Virus record (IMG/VR): IMGVR_UViG_3300024246_000006 | Span: 1 to 53,107 of that record | From: a virus | Taxonomy: Duplodnaviria; Caudoviricetes | Direction: 5' to 3' (one strand) | Length of the DNA stretch: 53,107 nucleotides | Shown here: piece after piece, positions 35,178 to 45,353 of the stretch | How positions within the stretch are numbered: the stretch's first letter is position 1 | Layout: the number at the start of each line of letters is the position of its first letter | Notes under the pieces: model-generated | The model's input: the letters and a program-made list of their open reading frames with translations, nothing else | Told to the model about the DNA's origin: nothing | Database searches by the model: none | Translations under genes and position numbers: made by a program

Positions 35178-35568
35178 TTCGATTCCATCATCCGATGCGC
35201 CTGCTCAAACCACCATTCGATCTCGGGCCAGGTCAACTCCCAGGCGTCGCGCGGCCCCCAGCGATAGAACCGGGTCAGATCGGCTATTCGATCGCGCCAA
35301 TCGGCTGGGAGGCGCGATCGAAAGACGCGAAAAAACTGTCCGCCTCCTTCAGCTCCGTCTGCGGGATCTTCTCGCAGACGCTGCGCGGTACCGCGGCGAT
35401 CAGCGAGATCAGCGTGATGATCGTGCCGACGCTGGTGTCGCTCCGCGCGGCCTTCTCGAGCTCGCCGGCGGTCGGCTCGCGCAGCGCGAACTCCGCGAAC
35501 GCGAGCGCCTTCTCGCCGGCGCCGAGAACGATCGGATCGCGAAGCTTCAATACATTGCCTTCCAACAT
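35174..35568 (-). CDS. tail assembly chaperone with programmed -1 frameshift extension
   Basis: ORF 35284..35568; slippery T TTT TTC at 35335-35329; -1 frame reads IADLTRFYRWGPRDAWELTWPEIEWW to TGA 35174 (P2 E/E'-like). Confidence 0.8.
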
Positions 35569-35575
35569 TTGCCTT

Positions 35576-35950
35576 CTACTCCTCGGTTACCGCGCCGGCG
35601 AAGCCTTCCCAGCGCATTTCGATCGTGGCGTCTTCGGACTTCGCGGCCGGGCTCTCCACCGCCCACATGTTGCGCCCGACAACCGTCTTGCCATTCGCGA
35701 GCTCGCAAATGATCGTGACGTTGGTCATCGCGTTGAGAGACGCCACGCTCAAACCGCCGGAATCCCGCAGCGTGCCGGCGATGTGCGAGGGCTGCGGCTT
35801 TTCGCTGTAGCCGTGCACGCCATCCATGCCCGTCAAGGTCTCGCGCGCAACCTGCACGGGGCTGTATTCGAACGCCCCCGCCAGCATGTAGCTCCGGCCA
35901 TCGACGCGCAGATTCGCGGTCCCGGCCAGCCTGTTCGTGGTATCGGCCAT
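35576..35950 (-). CDS. tail tube protein (Mu-like)
   Basis: RETLTGMDGVHGYSE and ELANGK; follows the sheath gene. Confidence 0.9.
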   Translation of the reverse strand: MADTTNRLAGTANLRVDGRSYMLAGAFEYSPVQVARETLTGMDGVHGYSEKPQPSHIAGTLRDSGGLSVASLNAMTNVTIICELANGKTVVGRNMWAVESPAAKSEDATIEMRWEGFAGAVTEE

Positions 35951-35988
35951 TTCAAGAACTCCTCAGAATGGGAAAAACGCTCCGCGAT

Positions 35989-37479
35989 TTATTGCAGCCG
36001 GAACTGCATCAGCAGCGCGAAGATGCGCAACTGCTGGATCAGCACCGCCGGGTACAGCACGTCCACTCGGCTCGGATTGCTCGCGTTGATCTCCACGATC
36101 AGCCCCTCGGCGAACACGTCGGATTGCTGCACGAACCCGCGGTACTCGAGATCGCGGTACATCGCGATGAGATCTGCCCGGATCGTGTTGGGCGTGACGA
36201 TGTTCGATCCCGGCGCGAACCGCGTGCCGTTCGCCGCGAGCTTCACGCGCGCGTATTTGGTCGTCACCATGGTGGCGAGCGCGCGCAGCACGAACATCAG
36301 CAGGAACATCGGCTCGACTTCGAGGTAGCTGTTGTCGGGCTGGCTGAAGCTGTTCTGCTGGTAGGTCGTGATCAGGTTCTGGATGTGAACCTGGCCGGAC
36401 GCATCCACCGTATAGGTCGAGATGCCGTCGAAGAGCAGCGTGTTCTGCGCGGAAAGCGCAAAGCGCGAAGTGAGTGGCGGCGCCAGCACGTCCTGCAGCA
36501 CCACGGTCTGAAGCGGCACGCCGGGATCCGCGCGCACGCTGATCGCCACCTGCGCCGCGATCGCCGCGGCCCACTTCCAGTTCGGCGTGGGCGAATCGTT
36601 GAACCCCATGATGCTCGCATGCTGGTCGTTCCTGCCCGTGCCGGCGGTAGCGAGCGCGGAAGTCGTGCCGCGCAATGCCGTGACGCAATGCCCGTAGACC
36701 TGCACGTCCCAGCTCCAGCGCCCGCTCACGTCGTTCAGGAAATCGCGCAGCGCGTTGAGCGACGTGGTGTCGGTGTACGGCATCGCGATGAAATCGAACG
36801 GCTGATCCATCAAATTCGCGAGCGCGGTGGTCAGGGTCGGGTTCGTCGTACCGCCCGACATCGCCGTGATCGTGATCGCAAGCCCCGTCGGGAAGATCTC
36901 ACCACCAGGCGTGCCCAAGTAGTTCGCGCGGACATCAATGTCGTTGCTGGCTGCGCCCTTGTTCTTCGCGGTCAGGTTGACCTTGTGGTTGACGCTGCCA
37001 TCCACCGCCGCGGTGACCGCCAGATCGTTCACGGCGTTGATCGCAGCAGCGAGTGCGGTTGCGAGCTGCGCAGCAGTCTGCGTCGTGGCAACGCCCATCG
37101 TCACGCGAATGCCGCCGATGTAGAGATACAGCGTCCCGGCCGCAGTGGCCACCGCGGTAAAATCAATGCTGCCACCCGCGGCAACCGCGGCGCCATCATC
37201 GGCAAGCGGCAAGCCCCAGACCTCGCCGAAGTTGTCGTTCTGCCGGTACGCGAATGCCATCTGCGCGAGCATCGAGCCCTGGCCGAACTGCGACTTCGCA
37301 TCGGCCACGCTCTGGATCATGCTCGGCACGTTGGCGCTCGCCGAACCCCCGGACGTAAGTTGACCGATCAGCAGCGCGCGCTGGTTGATCGCGGCGGTAT
37401 TCGCATGGCTCGGATCGACTTCGGCGAAGAAGAGCGGCACCCGCAGATTGGCGGGAATCTGTTTGAACGGGATCGTCAT
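35989..37479 (-). CDS. tail sheath protein (Mu gpL-like)
   Basis: IPANLRVPLFFAE, FGQGSML, LLFDGIST and QLRIFA. Confidence 0.92.
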   Translation of the reverse strand: MTIPFKQIPANLRVPLFFAEVDPSHANTAAINQRALLIGQLTSGGSASANVPSMIQSVADAKSQFGQGSMLAQMAFAYRQNDNFGEVWGLPLADDGAAVAAGGSIDFTAVATAAGTLYLYIGGIRVTMGVATTQTAAQLATALAAAINAVNDLAVTAAVDGSVNHKVNLTAKNKGAASNDIDVRANYLGTPGGEIFPTGLAITITAMSGGTTNPTLTTALANLMDQPFDFIAMPYTDTTSLNALRDFLNDVSGRWSWDVQVYGHCVTALRGTTSALATAGTGRNDQHASIMGFNDSPTPNWKWAAAIAAQVAISVRADPGVPLQTVVLQDVLAPPLTSRFALSAQNTLLFDGISTYTVDASGQVHIQNLITTYQQNSFSQPDNSYLEVEPMFLLMFVLRALATMVTTKYARVKLAANGTRFAPGSNIVTPNTIRADLIAMYRDLEYRGFVQQSDVFAEGLIVEINASNPSRVDVLYPAVLIQQLRIFALLMQFRLQ

Positions 37480-37664
37480 TCTTGCGGCCTCCGGTCAGGT
37501 TGAATTTCGGGCGCATCGCACTTCACGATGTCGCCATCGCGAAGCAGCCGCGCGTAGTGCAGATCGGTGTCGGACACGGGCATGCCTTCCGTGGGCATGA
37601 CCTGCTTGCTCACCGGATCGCGGACCACCAGGCCCGGGATCTCAGGATTCGGTTTCACGTACAT
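37476..37664 (-). CDS. DUF2635-like protein
   Basis: MYVKP...VRDP...RLLRDGDI; precedes the sheath gene. Confidence 0.8.
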   Translation of the reverse strand: MYVKPNPEIPGLVVRDPVSKQVMPTEGMPVSDTDLHYARLLRDGDIVKCDAPEIQPDRRPQE

Positions 37665-37668
37665 CGCA

Positions 37669-38229
37669 TCACTCCGATAGATTCGTCATGTCGATGGCCG
37701 GGCGGGTCACATTCGGCGGCTCGACGATCGTGACCGTCACGCGATCGAGCGGCACACGTTCGATCGGTGCAAAATTCTCGGGACCCTCGTAGTATTCCAG
37801 CCCGATCTCCATCACCAGCTCGCCGACGTGCTCTTCGCCCTCGGCATTCGGTGCCATACGCGAACGGATGAACGCGAACTGCTGAATCCGCCGCGTGATG
37901 TCGTAATCGTTGATGATCGTCGTCCGCAAATCGCGCTTGAACTTTTCCAAAGCCGCAAGCACGTTCGCTGCACCGGCATCGCGATTCACCGCTGGCATCT
38001 GCACTCGCGCGGTAAGCTGCAATGTCGCCGTAGTGGTGAACTGCGGAACATTGCGTCCGAGAGACTGACTGTCTTCATTCGGCACCGCGGCGAAGATCAC
38101 GGGATAAAGCCCGTCCCACGTCGACCAGTCGCGCGGAGAGAAAACGTTGCGCCCGGCGTCGGTCGCGTTCTTCAGCTTCTCGACAGCAAGATCGCGGAGA
38201 AACGCCGCGTCGACTATCTCGCCCATCAC
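37669..38229 (-). CDS. putative tail terminator
   Basis: Size and position; TDAGRNVFSPR. Confidence 0.6.
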   Translation of the reverse strand: MMGEIVDAAFLRDLAVEKLKNATDAGRNVFSPRDWSTWDGLYPVIFAAVPNEDSQSLGRNVPQFTTTATLQLTARVQMPAVNRDAGAANVLAALEKFKRDLRTTIINDYDITRRIQQFAFIRSRMAPNAEGEEHVGELVMEIGLEYYEGPENFAPIERVPLDRVTVTIVEPPNVTRPAIDMTNLSE

Positions 38230-38558
38230 CCGCTCACCCGGTTCAACTTAAGCTTGATCCAGCCGTGGCTGTCCGGATTCGGATCGCGCACCACGAAGGT
38301 CTTGTTGACCCGCTTTACGAAGATGCGATCGCCCTGCACCGGCGGATTCGGAAACTGCGCCGCACGCACGCCGGCAACCGGCTCCGTGGTGTTGAAGCCA
38401 GAACTATCATCGAGCAACCGCAGATCGCGGTACTGCGCATCGAATACGAGATCGACCGGGAACGAGCCGCCGGCAGCCGGCATGTAGGTGGCGGGCTCAT
38501 CCTCCCCGAACACCTTCATGCACGGCGCAAGGACGTGCTTGTCCCAGTCGATTGCCAC
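38226..38558 (-). CDS. head-tail joining protein
   Basis: GTG start; PVQGDRI...PDSHGWIKLKL; follows the capsid gene. Confidence 0.7.
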   Translation of the reverse strand: MAIDWDKHVLAPCMKVFGEDEPATYMPAAGGSFPVDLVFDAQYRDLRLLDDSSGFNTTEPVAGVRAAQFPNPPVQGDRIFVKRVNKTFVVRDPNPDSHGWIKLKLNRVSG

Positions 38559-38569
38559 GGGGCGCAGAC

Positions 38570-39607
38570 CTATGCGCCAATCTTGCCCGACAGCAGAACT
38601 TCCGGACGGGTGCAGATGTGCAGCGGGTAGCTGTACACCTCCATCTTCCACCAGGCGCGGCGATCACGATCGAAGATCGGGATCACATAGATCGGCTTGC
38701 CCGGGGTGTTGACCCACTCGAACGATTCGCCAGGCGCATAGGCCACCTTGAAGACTCCCGGCGCGCCGACGGGGAAGAATTTCACCTTATCGGTGTTGAC
38801 CGCGATCGTGCTCGCATCGTCCGAGCCGCGATAGTTGAGCCAGTTGATGCCGGCGAAGTTGAAGACATCGAACGCCGCGCCCTGGCTGTTGCCCCGCAGA
38901 TCGGCCGCTGCGCTCCAGTTGAGGAACGTGCGGATCACGTCCGTGTGATTGACGAAGGCATCGTAGAAGTTGTCGCCGCACAAGGCGTACACCTTCGTGG
39001 TCGGCAGGAACGCCCCTTGCGACTTGCGCGCCATCGTGCGCGTGATCGCGTTGCAGATCGGCCGCAGCGAGTTGGCGACCTGAGCCGCGAGGTTGAAGCC
39101 GACCTCGGCCGCCTGCGTGATGCCGAACTCGTCGAACCAGTTGAACTTGACGCTGCTGTCGGCGTCGAGGCAAAGGCCCTGAACCGCCGCGAGTCGCTGG
39201 AATTCCCACGTGTACTCGATGTTGCTCGTGAGCCCCGTGGGACCGTTCAGCCGGCGCGCAACCTCCGCTTCGACCTGCATCAGCTCGGACTCGGTCCCGA
39301 ACGCGCGGATGTTCTGCAGCTCGTTCGCATAGATCGTATCCGAGTGCATCAGGCGCGGGACATCGAAATAGCGCGCGCTCCTCTTTTCGGTCGTGCGCTG
39401 GGTTCCCTCTTCTCCGCGATCGGAGAACGGAATCAGCACGAGCTTGCCCTGGCGCTGCTCGACGGCGAGCGCCGTGGTGCGGATCGGATCGGGCTCGAAG
39501 ATGTTGAGATCGCCCAAGCCGGTGGGATTGTACGGATTGCGCTCGACCGCCGTAGTGAGCTGCACGGTGCTGAACGGGTCCTGATGAAATACGTCTAGGC
39601 TGGCCAT
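38570..39607 (-). CDS. major capsid protein (lambda gpE-like)
   Basis: IEYTWEFQRLAAVQG and SYPLHICTRP; follows the decoration gene. Confidence 0.9.
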   Translation of the reverse strand: MASLDVFHQDPFSTVQLTTAVERNPYNPTGLGDLNIFEPDPIRTTALAVEQRQGKLVLIPFSDRGEEGTQRTTEKRSARYFDVPRLMHSDTIYANELQNIRAFGTESELMQVEAEVARRLNGPTGLTSNIEYTWEFQRLAAVQGLCLDADSSVKFNWFDEFGITQAAEVGFNLAAQVANSLRPICNAITRTMARKSQGAFLPTTKVYALCGDNFYDAFVNHTDVIRTFLNWSAAADLRGNSQGAAFDVFNFAGINWLNYRGSDDASTIAVNTDKVKFFPVGAPGVFKVAYAPGESFEWVNTPGKPIYVIPIFDRDRRAWWKMEVYSYPLHICTRPEVLLSGKIGA

Positions 39608-39656
39608 CGAAAGGCTCCCTTCAAAAATGAAGCCGCCCGAGGGCGGCAGAACAAAA

Positions 39657-39686
39657 ACAAAAAGGCCGCCCGAGAGAGAGCGGCCC
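39657..39686 (-). terminator. intrinsic terminator-like hairpin before the capsid gene
   Basis: GGCCGC...GCGGCC followed by a T-run on the minus strand; a second hairpin GCCGCCC/GGGCGGC lies nearby. Confidence 0.5.
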
Positions 39687-39709
39687 TCCGCGTTTTTTTG
39701 AGAATGAAA

Positions 39710-40648
39710 CTATCGAGCGATGATGCCCAGCGTCGCGAGCGTCGCAAGGCCGGCCGTGATCGCCGCTGCCGTATAGGACGAATCCCAGATCAGCTCGGAC
39801 GCATTCACCTCGCAGCTACGCACCACGGCCGCGGCAGACTTGTCCGCGAGAATCGCATCGGTCGTGCCGAACAGGATCCCGGCCGGCGTCTGAGATCCGT
39901 CGACGGCAGTGGCCACGCTCGTGAGCCATTTGCCCGCGCCGGCAGAAACCGTGACCGAGAACTGGTCACCCGATACGAAGTCCGTGGACCCATCGGCAAT
40001 CGTGAAGCTCAAACCGCCCCCATTGAAAGCGGTACCCACGACGCCATGGCCAACCTCCTGGCCGGCGGGATCCGTCACCAGGAAGGTACCCAGGTTGGTC
40101 GCCGGCTCGACGAAGGACACGTCGTATACCCCGAGCTTCGGCGCATAACCGGTCGTCGTGACAGCGCTGCTCGTCCCGTTGCCCGTATTGCTCCCGCCGG
40201 CAGCGGCCGTCGCAGTGGGTTTTCCCAAAGCAGCAACTGTCGTAATCGCGAACGTATCGCCCGCCACGAACGCCGTGCCGCCCGCAGTGATCGTGAATCC
40301 GATCCCTAGCGCGCTGAATGCCACACCGGTCGATCCCGTCGCGCTCGCGCCATTCGGCGCAACGACGTTGAAAGTGGTCGCCGCAGTGAAGGTCAGCGTA
40401 TAAACGCCGATCTGCGTCGGCACCGTCACCAGCGTAACCGCGCCGAATACGCCGTTGCCGGTATTGGTGCCGAGCGCTGCCGCCACCGCGCTCGCGCCGG
40501 TCGTCTGCTTGCCGAGCACGGTGCCGGCCAATACTTTTGCCGAACCGGTCAGGGTGATTTTGTCGCGCGAACGATGGCCGTTCGCTTCGGAAACCAGGAA
40601 GCCGCCGTCCTGGAAGGCTTCATTGATGGGAGTTTGCGTCGCAGCCAT
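39710..40648 (-). CDS. head decoration protein with duplicated insert
   Basis: FLVSEANGHRSRD, AGTVLG, DGSQTPAGIL and LGIIAR; two internal NTGNG...GDxF repeats. Confidence 0.8.
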   Translation of the reverse strand: MAATQTPINEAFQDGGFLVSEANGHRSRDKITLTGSAKVLAGTVLGKQTTGASAVAAALGTNTGNGVFGAVTLVTVPTQIGVYTLTFTAATTFNVVAPNGASATGSTGVAFSALGIGFTITAGGTAFVAGDTFAITTVAALGKPTATAAAGGSNTGNGTSSAVTTTGYAPKLGVYDVSFVEPATNLGTFLVTDPAGQEVGHGVVGTAFNGGGLSFTIADGSTDFVSGDQFSVTVSAGAGKWLTSVATAVDGSQTPAGILFGTTDAILADKSAAAVVRSCEVNASELIWDSSYTAAAITAGLATLATLGIIAR

Positions 40649-40729
40649 GTCCGTAGTCCTTTATCGAGATGAAAATTGATCCTGCACAGAAAAATTACGC
40701 CGCCACCCCACTTTCGCGGAGGAGGCGGG

Positions 40730-41359
40730 TTACTTTTCTCCCCGCACATGCTTCATGTGCTTGTCCCAGCGCGATTCGATTGCCTTCGATGAGCTCGCGG
40801 CGAGATCGCCGCCGGCGCCGAGATCCGGATTGCGCGCCGAACGGCCGTTGTCATTGCTCGCCGCGGGCGTTTCGCGGAGCACCGCGATGGCTTCCTGCCG
40901 CGTCATCGTGGTATTGAACGCGAGATTCGCCGCCAGGACCGGGTTGCGTGCGGCATGCCGGCACGCGAAGATCGCGGCGCATCGGGCACGCTCACGGCGG
41001 CGCGCCGAGGCAGCTTCGCTCTTGCCGCGCATTTCCTCATCGTCATCTTCGGCAGCGGCATCCGTGTCCTTCTTGTCCTTCTCGGGATCGTCTTCATCCG
41101 CGGCCTTCATGCGCTTCGCGTAGTCTTCATCGGACTCGCCGTCGCGCTGCTTCTTGTCGTCATCGGCCGCGGCGTTCTTGCTGTCGCCGTTTTCGCGATC
41201 CTGATCCTTCTTGTCCGGATCGTCTTCCGCGCTCGTTTTGTTTTTCTTGTCGGGATCGTCTTCATCCGCGGCTTGCGCAGACGGACGCCCCAAGCCCAAA
41301 CCCGCCAGATGTGCGAACGAAAGCGCGCTCGCCACGCGGGAGCGTAGTGTTTGAGACAT
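40730..41359 (-). CDS. putative capsid scaffolding protein
   Basis: Acidic EDDPDKK repeats and RRRERARCAAI; lies between protease and decoration genes. Confidence 0.6.
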   Translation of the reverse strand: MSQTLRSRVASALSFAHLAGLGLGRPSAQAADEDDPDKKNKTSAEDDPDKKDQDRENGDSKNAAADDDKKQRDGESDEDYAKRMKAADEDDPEKDKKDTDAAAEDDDEEMRGKSEAASARRRERARCAAIFACRHAARNPVLAANLAFNTTMTRQEAIAVLRETPAASNDNGRSARNPDLGAGGDLAASSSKAIESRWDKHMKHVRGEK

Positions 41360-41387
41360 GGAAAAATCTCCTGAATGATTGAACGCT

Positions 41388-42263
41388 TCAGCCCAGCTCG
41401 GCGAGCAGGGAGCCAAACGCTTCGTCGGGCGCCATGACAGCGTCCGCAAAGCCTATCTCGACGCCGGCGGCGCCAAGAAAAGTCGTTGCCTGCGTATCGC
41501 GGACTTTCTTCGCCGCGAGATCGAGGTTGCGCGCCACCGTCTCCACGAAGAGCTCGCCCATCGTGTCGACGTCGCCCTGGAACCGCTCGAGCGCTTCTTT
41601 CGAAAGCGGAAAAAACTCACTGCCATCCGCCTTGCGCGCGCCGTACTGGATCAGGCTTACCGTGATGCCCTCTTTCTCCAGCGCCTTCGACCAGTCCACA
41701 TGCATGCAGATCACGCCGACGCTGCCGGTACCGCCCGTTCGCGGCACGACGATGCGATCGGCAGCGCTGGCGATCGCAAAGGCGCCTGAATAAGCGCATT
41801 CGGTGAGAATCGCCCAGATCGGCTTCCTCCCGCGCGCTTTATAGATCGCATCGACCAGGTCGAAACACCCAGCGACCTCGCCACCAGGGCTGTCGATGTC
41901 CAGCACGATGGCCCGCGCGGCTTCATCCTCGAGCGCCATGCTCATATTCGCGCGGATGCCGTTGTACCCCGTCATCCCGCTGTAGGGGCGCAGGCTGCCG
42001 AGCTTCTGCACCAACGTGCCGCAGATCGGAATCACCGCCACGCCGGACACGAGGTCATAGCCAGCCCTCGGATTGCTCGCGGCCGCGTTCTCATCGCTTT
42101 GATCAAACGCCATCGGACGAAGCGCGGCCTCTTCGCCATCGGGCCGAAAAAGCCGCGCGATGCCGAACCGATCGGCGAGCGCCGCCATGACGATTTCGGC
42201 CTTCTGCGGCGTGATCGCGAGCGGCACATTGAATAGACGCTGTGCGAGATGTTCGTAGCGCAT
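41388..42263 (-). CDS. S49-family prohead protease (lambda gpC-like)
   Basis: LDIDSPGGEV, AYSGAFAIAS and GSVGV. Confidence 0.9.
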   Translation of the reverse strand: MRYEHLAQRLFNVPLAITPQKAEIVMAALADRFGIARLFRPDGEEAALRPMAFDQSDENAAASNPRAGYDLVSGVAVIPICGTLVQKLGSLRPYSGMTGYNGIRANMSMALEDEAARAIVLDIDSPGGEVAGCFDLVDAIYKARGRKPIWAILTECAYSGAFAIASAADRIVVPRTGGTGSVGVICMHVDWSKALEKEGITVSLIQYGARKADGSEFFPLSKEALERFQGDVDTMGELFVETVARNLDLAAKKVRDTQATTFLGAAGVEIGFADAVMAPDEAFGSLLAELG

Positions 42264-43906
42264 CACTGAGCCTCCGGCGGCACGTCGGTGCGCGTCGCCA
42301 TTTCCCTGCCGCCCCAGTCGGGCAGCGGGATGCCGTGATCCTGAAACGCCTTGATCTCGAGCGCGCGTTGATCGACGTCTTCTTCCCAGTCGCGCCCCTG
42401 CTCCGCGCTTTCTTGCTTGAGCGTGGAGAGCGCCGCATCGATACCGAGAATCGCGCCCTGCTTTTCCTTGACGGGATCGATCCACCCGCGCCCGGGCCCA
42501 AGCCATGCGCACCGCGTATACGCGGTCGCCGCTTCGATGAAATCGGGCGCGTCATCCGGCAGCGGCACTTCCCCGTTCTCGAAAATCTCGCGCAACCAGG
42601 CCGCGTACATCGGCGTCGCGAAGCCCGTGGCAAATTCACTGCGCCGGCGAGTCATGGTTTTCCAGCTCTCGAGCAACGCCGCGCGCGCGGACGAATAATT
42701 CGTCTGCCACCATTTCTGCGATACCTGCTCGCGCGCCATCCCGGTGGCTGCCGCGAAAGTGCCCAGCATCTCCTCCGCGAACATCTCGAACTGATCGTGC
42801 GGATGCGCGGAGGAAACTGCCTTGATCTCCTCGCCGGGAGCCAGCGTCGGCACGCGAGCGCCCGCGAACATCGCCGGACGATCCTTTGCCCAATCAGCGC
42901 GCAGATCCTGGTAGAAGCCGAGTTCCTTGCCCCCGGTCTCAAGCGCTTCTTCAATCATCGCCTGGTCGTAAGGGCTCGTGACATAGGTGCCGAGACTCGC
43001 CGCGATCACCGCGGCCTGCAGCTCGACACCGTAATAACGCGCCAGCATCTTCATGTGCGCCAATACCGGCGTGAAAATGCCGATCCCGCGATTCTGGCCG
43101 GCGCGGTCGATCTCGAAATCATGGATCACGCGCCGCCAGCCATCCGGATCCTCACGCTCGATGCGCTCCCACTCCATGCTCTCGATGGAGTTGTACCAGT
43201 CGTTCTGATGCGCCTTGCGAATGTGATACGCGATCGGCACGCCATCGTCATCGATCTCGACGCCACCGCGCATGTACTTGCTGTCCACCATCTGATATGG
43301 GTTCGACAACCGGTCCGGATCCACGACGAGAAACGAAGTCGCGTAGCTCGCCGCACCACGCCGCACGCGCTCAGGCTTCCAGTACGCGACGGCAAGCGCA
43401 TCGCCGTCGACAAGCTTGTGACGCAAGGCAAGACGGAGCTGCTGGCCGACGGTCAGCTTGCGCGATACGTCGTTGTACCTGCCGATATCCTCCGCAAAAC
43501 CGCGCCAGAGCGCTTCAACCGTGCGGCGGAATTCGTCCGCCCATTGCGCATCGAACCCGGTTGAGAATACCGACAGCGCGCGATAGTCCGGATTGGCCTG
43601 CAGCCGCAAACCCGCCCCGACACTGTTGTCGAGGATGCGCATAACACCGCCGGCCGCCCAGCCATCGTTGCGCGCCAAGTCGCGATTGCGCGCGACCATG
43701 CGATCGCGGAATTGATTGATCTCCGCGTCAGGCGAACGAATCCACGGCAACCACGCGCCCATCTCCGTGGTTTGCCAGTTCGCCGCGTCATAGGGAAACA
43801 CGCTTGGCGCATATCCATCCATCGACGCGGAGGCGCGTCGCCCGCGCGGCGCAGCAGGCGCCATTGGACGCCCGCGAGCATCCAGCAAGGTGACCTGGTC
43901 GACCAT
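42263..43906 (-). CDS. portal protein, lambda family
   Basis: RDLARND, GVEIDDDG, NYSSARA and WIDPVKE. Confidence 0.92.
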   Translation of the reverse strand: MVDQVTLLDARGRPMAPAAPRGRRASASMDGYAPSVFPYDAANWQTTEMGAWLPWIRSPDAEINQFRDRMVARNRDLARNDGWAAGGVMRILDNSVGAGLRLQANPDYRALSVFSTGFDAQWADEFRRTVEALWRGFAEDIGRYNDVSRKLTVGQQLRLALRHKLVDGDALAVAYWKPERVRRGAASYATSFLVVDPDRLSNPYQMVDSKYMRGGVEIDDDGVPIAYHIRKAHQNDWYNSIESMEWERIEREDPDGWRRVIHDFEIDRAGQNRGIGIFTPVLAHMKMLARYYGVELQAAVIAASLGTYVTSPYDQAMIEEALETGGKELGFYQDLRADWAKDRPAMFAGARVPTLAPGEEIKAVSSAHPHDQFEMFAEEMLGTFAAATGMAREQVSQKWWQTNYSSARAALLESWKTMTRRRSEFATGFATPMYAAWLREIFENGEVPLPDDAPDFIEAATAYTRCAWLGPGRGWIDPVKEKQGAILGIDAALSTLKQESAEQGRDWEEDVDQRALEIKAFQDHGIPLPDWGGREMATRTDVPPEAQ

Positions 43907-44172
43907 CAGAACACCGGACGAATGGCGTGGCGCGGCCGCTCGATGATCCCGAGCTGGGCCTGCAATTGTTTGATCAGCATCACCAGGTCGCCAAGATTCG
44001 CCTTCGTGTACGTCACGGATTTCGCGCCATCGCCTTGCGTGTAGCTGAACGTCTCTCCGCGCGAGCCCATGCACAGTTCGGTATATGCTTGCTGCGCGTT
44101 CGTGAGCATCGTCTGCAAGGTGCCGGTATCCATGCCGGCAAAAATGCTCTTGTTAGGATCGTAGCGTTTCAT
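43906..44172 (-). CDS. gpW-like head completion protein
   Basis: SVTYTKANLGDL...LQAQLG; precedes the portal gene. Confidence 0.85.
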   Translation of the reverse strand: MKRYDPNKSIFAGMDTGTLQTMLTNAQQAYTELCMGSRGETFSYTQGDGAKSVTYTKANLGDLVMLIKQLQAQLGIIERPRHAIRPVF

Positions 44173-45353
44173 CGCGGAATCCTGTCGATCAATAGAATCT
44201 GCACCACGGCGTCAGCCTCATCCTGTCCCGCATCGAATCGCGCGCGTACCGAGCACAGCATGTTCGGCACCTCATAGCCCATATCATCGCGACCGGCGGG
44301 AATCGCGCCGCCGCCGATCCGCACTTGAATCACCTGGTGCGCCGGACCAATGGACCCATCGCGGTACTCGACGTCGGCGTCGTTGATCGAGACCGAGCCA
44401 AACGTAAGCGCGGAGCCCTCCTGGTCGCACGAAAAGACCGGCGTCTCCAGAATCACCGCGCCCGGGAAAAGCATTCCGCCACAGTTCAAATCGTAGAGCC
44501 ACGACTCGCCGGTACGCTTTTCCAGAAACGCCGGCGCGCAACTCTTCGTATCGAGCGTGAACACTCGGCGGTTGCCCGCAACGAACTGCGGCACACCCGA
44601 TACGACTGTACCGACGCCGGTAATGACCCAATTGCCCTGCGACAGGCTGCCGCTACCGATGACCGGCACGAAAGATACGATTCCAGAACCTGATAGCGCC
44701 GCAGCGCCCTGGCGCAAGTCTCCGATGCCGGCAATGAGACCCGGGCGCGAGACGACACCCAGGCCTGAGAGCCTCGCCACGCCCTGCAGCAGGTTGCTCG
44801 ATGCGCGCGTGCGGTGTCCGAGCACACCAGCGCCGCTGATGATGCGGAAAACGCCCTGCGGCAGCGTGCCAGTGCCTATCTCAATCCCGAACGGCGTGAC
44901 GCGCCCGGTCCCCGATAGCCCGAACCCGCCTTGAGCGAGCGAGATCGGCGAGCCGAGATTCACTTCACCGCGCTTGCCGACGACGTTCGTCAGCATGAAG
45001 GCAGACTGCTTGAACGATGCCTGCCCGACGCCGCTTTCGTGTCCCGCCTGCGTGATGCTGCCCGTGCCAGAGAGCGTTGCCGCGCCCTGCGTTACTGATC
45101 CAGATACGCGCTTGTGTCCTAGCTTCGCGTTGGCCGCCGCGAGCGTGAATACAGACTGCGAAAGCGATGCTGATGTAGAGCGGTGCCCGAGCTTCGCGCT
45201 TGATGCGCTTAGCGTCGCCGCACCCTGCGTCAACGCGCCGGTGCCGCTCTCTTTTCCGGCGGCATCGAGAAAGAAGCCGTCGAATCCCGCTAGTACCGTG
45301 CGCGCCGGTCCCTTCGAGATGAAGAAGCCGCCGTCGGTGAGAACGAGGCGCAT
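44169..45353 (-). CDS. repeat-containing putative virion fibre/adaptor protein
   Basis: Repeated LxQGxxxLSGxG units followed by a C-terminal globular domain. Confidence 0.55.
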   Translation of the reverse strand: MRLVLTDGGFFISKGPARTVLAGFDGFFLDAAGKESGTGALTQGAATLSASSAKLGHRSTSASLSQSVFTLAAANAKLGHKRVSGSVTQGAATLSGTGSITQAGHESGVGQASFKQSAFMLTNVVGKRGEVNLGSPISLAQGGFGLSGTGRVTPFGIEIGTGTLPQGVFRIISGAGVLGHRTRASSNLLQGVARLSGLGVVSRPGLIAGIGDLRQGAAALSGSGIVSFVPVIGSGSLSQGNWVITGVGTVVSGVPQFVAGNRRVFTLDTKSCAPAFLEKRTGESWLYDLNCGGMLFPGAVILETPVFSCDQEGSALTFGSVSINDADVEYRDGSIGPAHQVIQVRIGGGAIPAGRDDMGYEVPNMLCSVRARFDAGQDEADAVVQILLIDRIPR

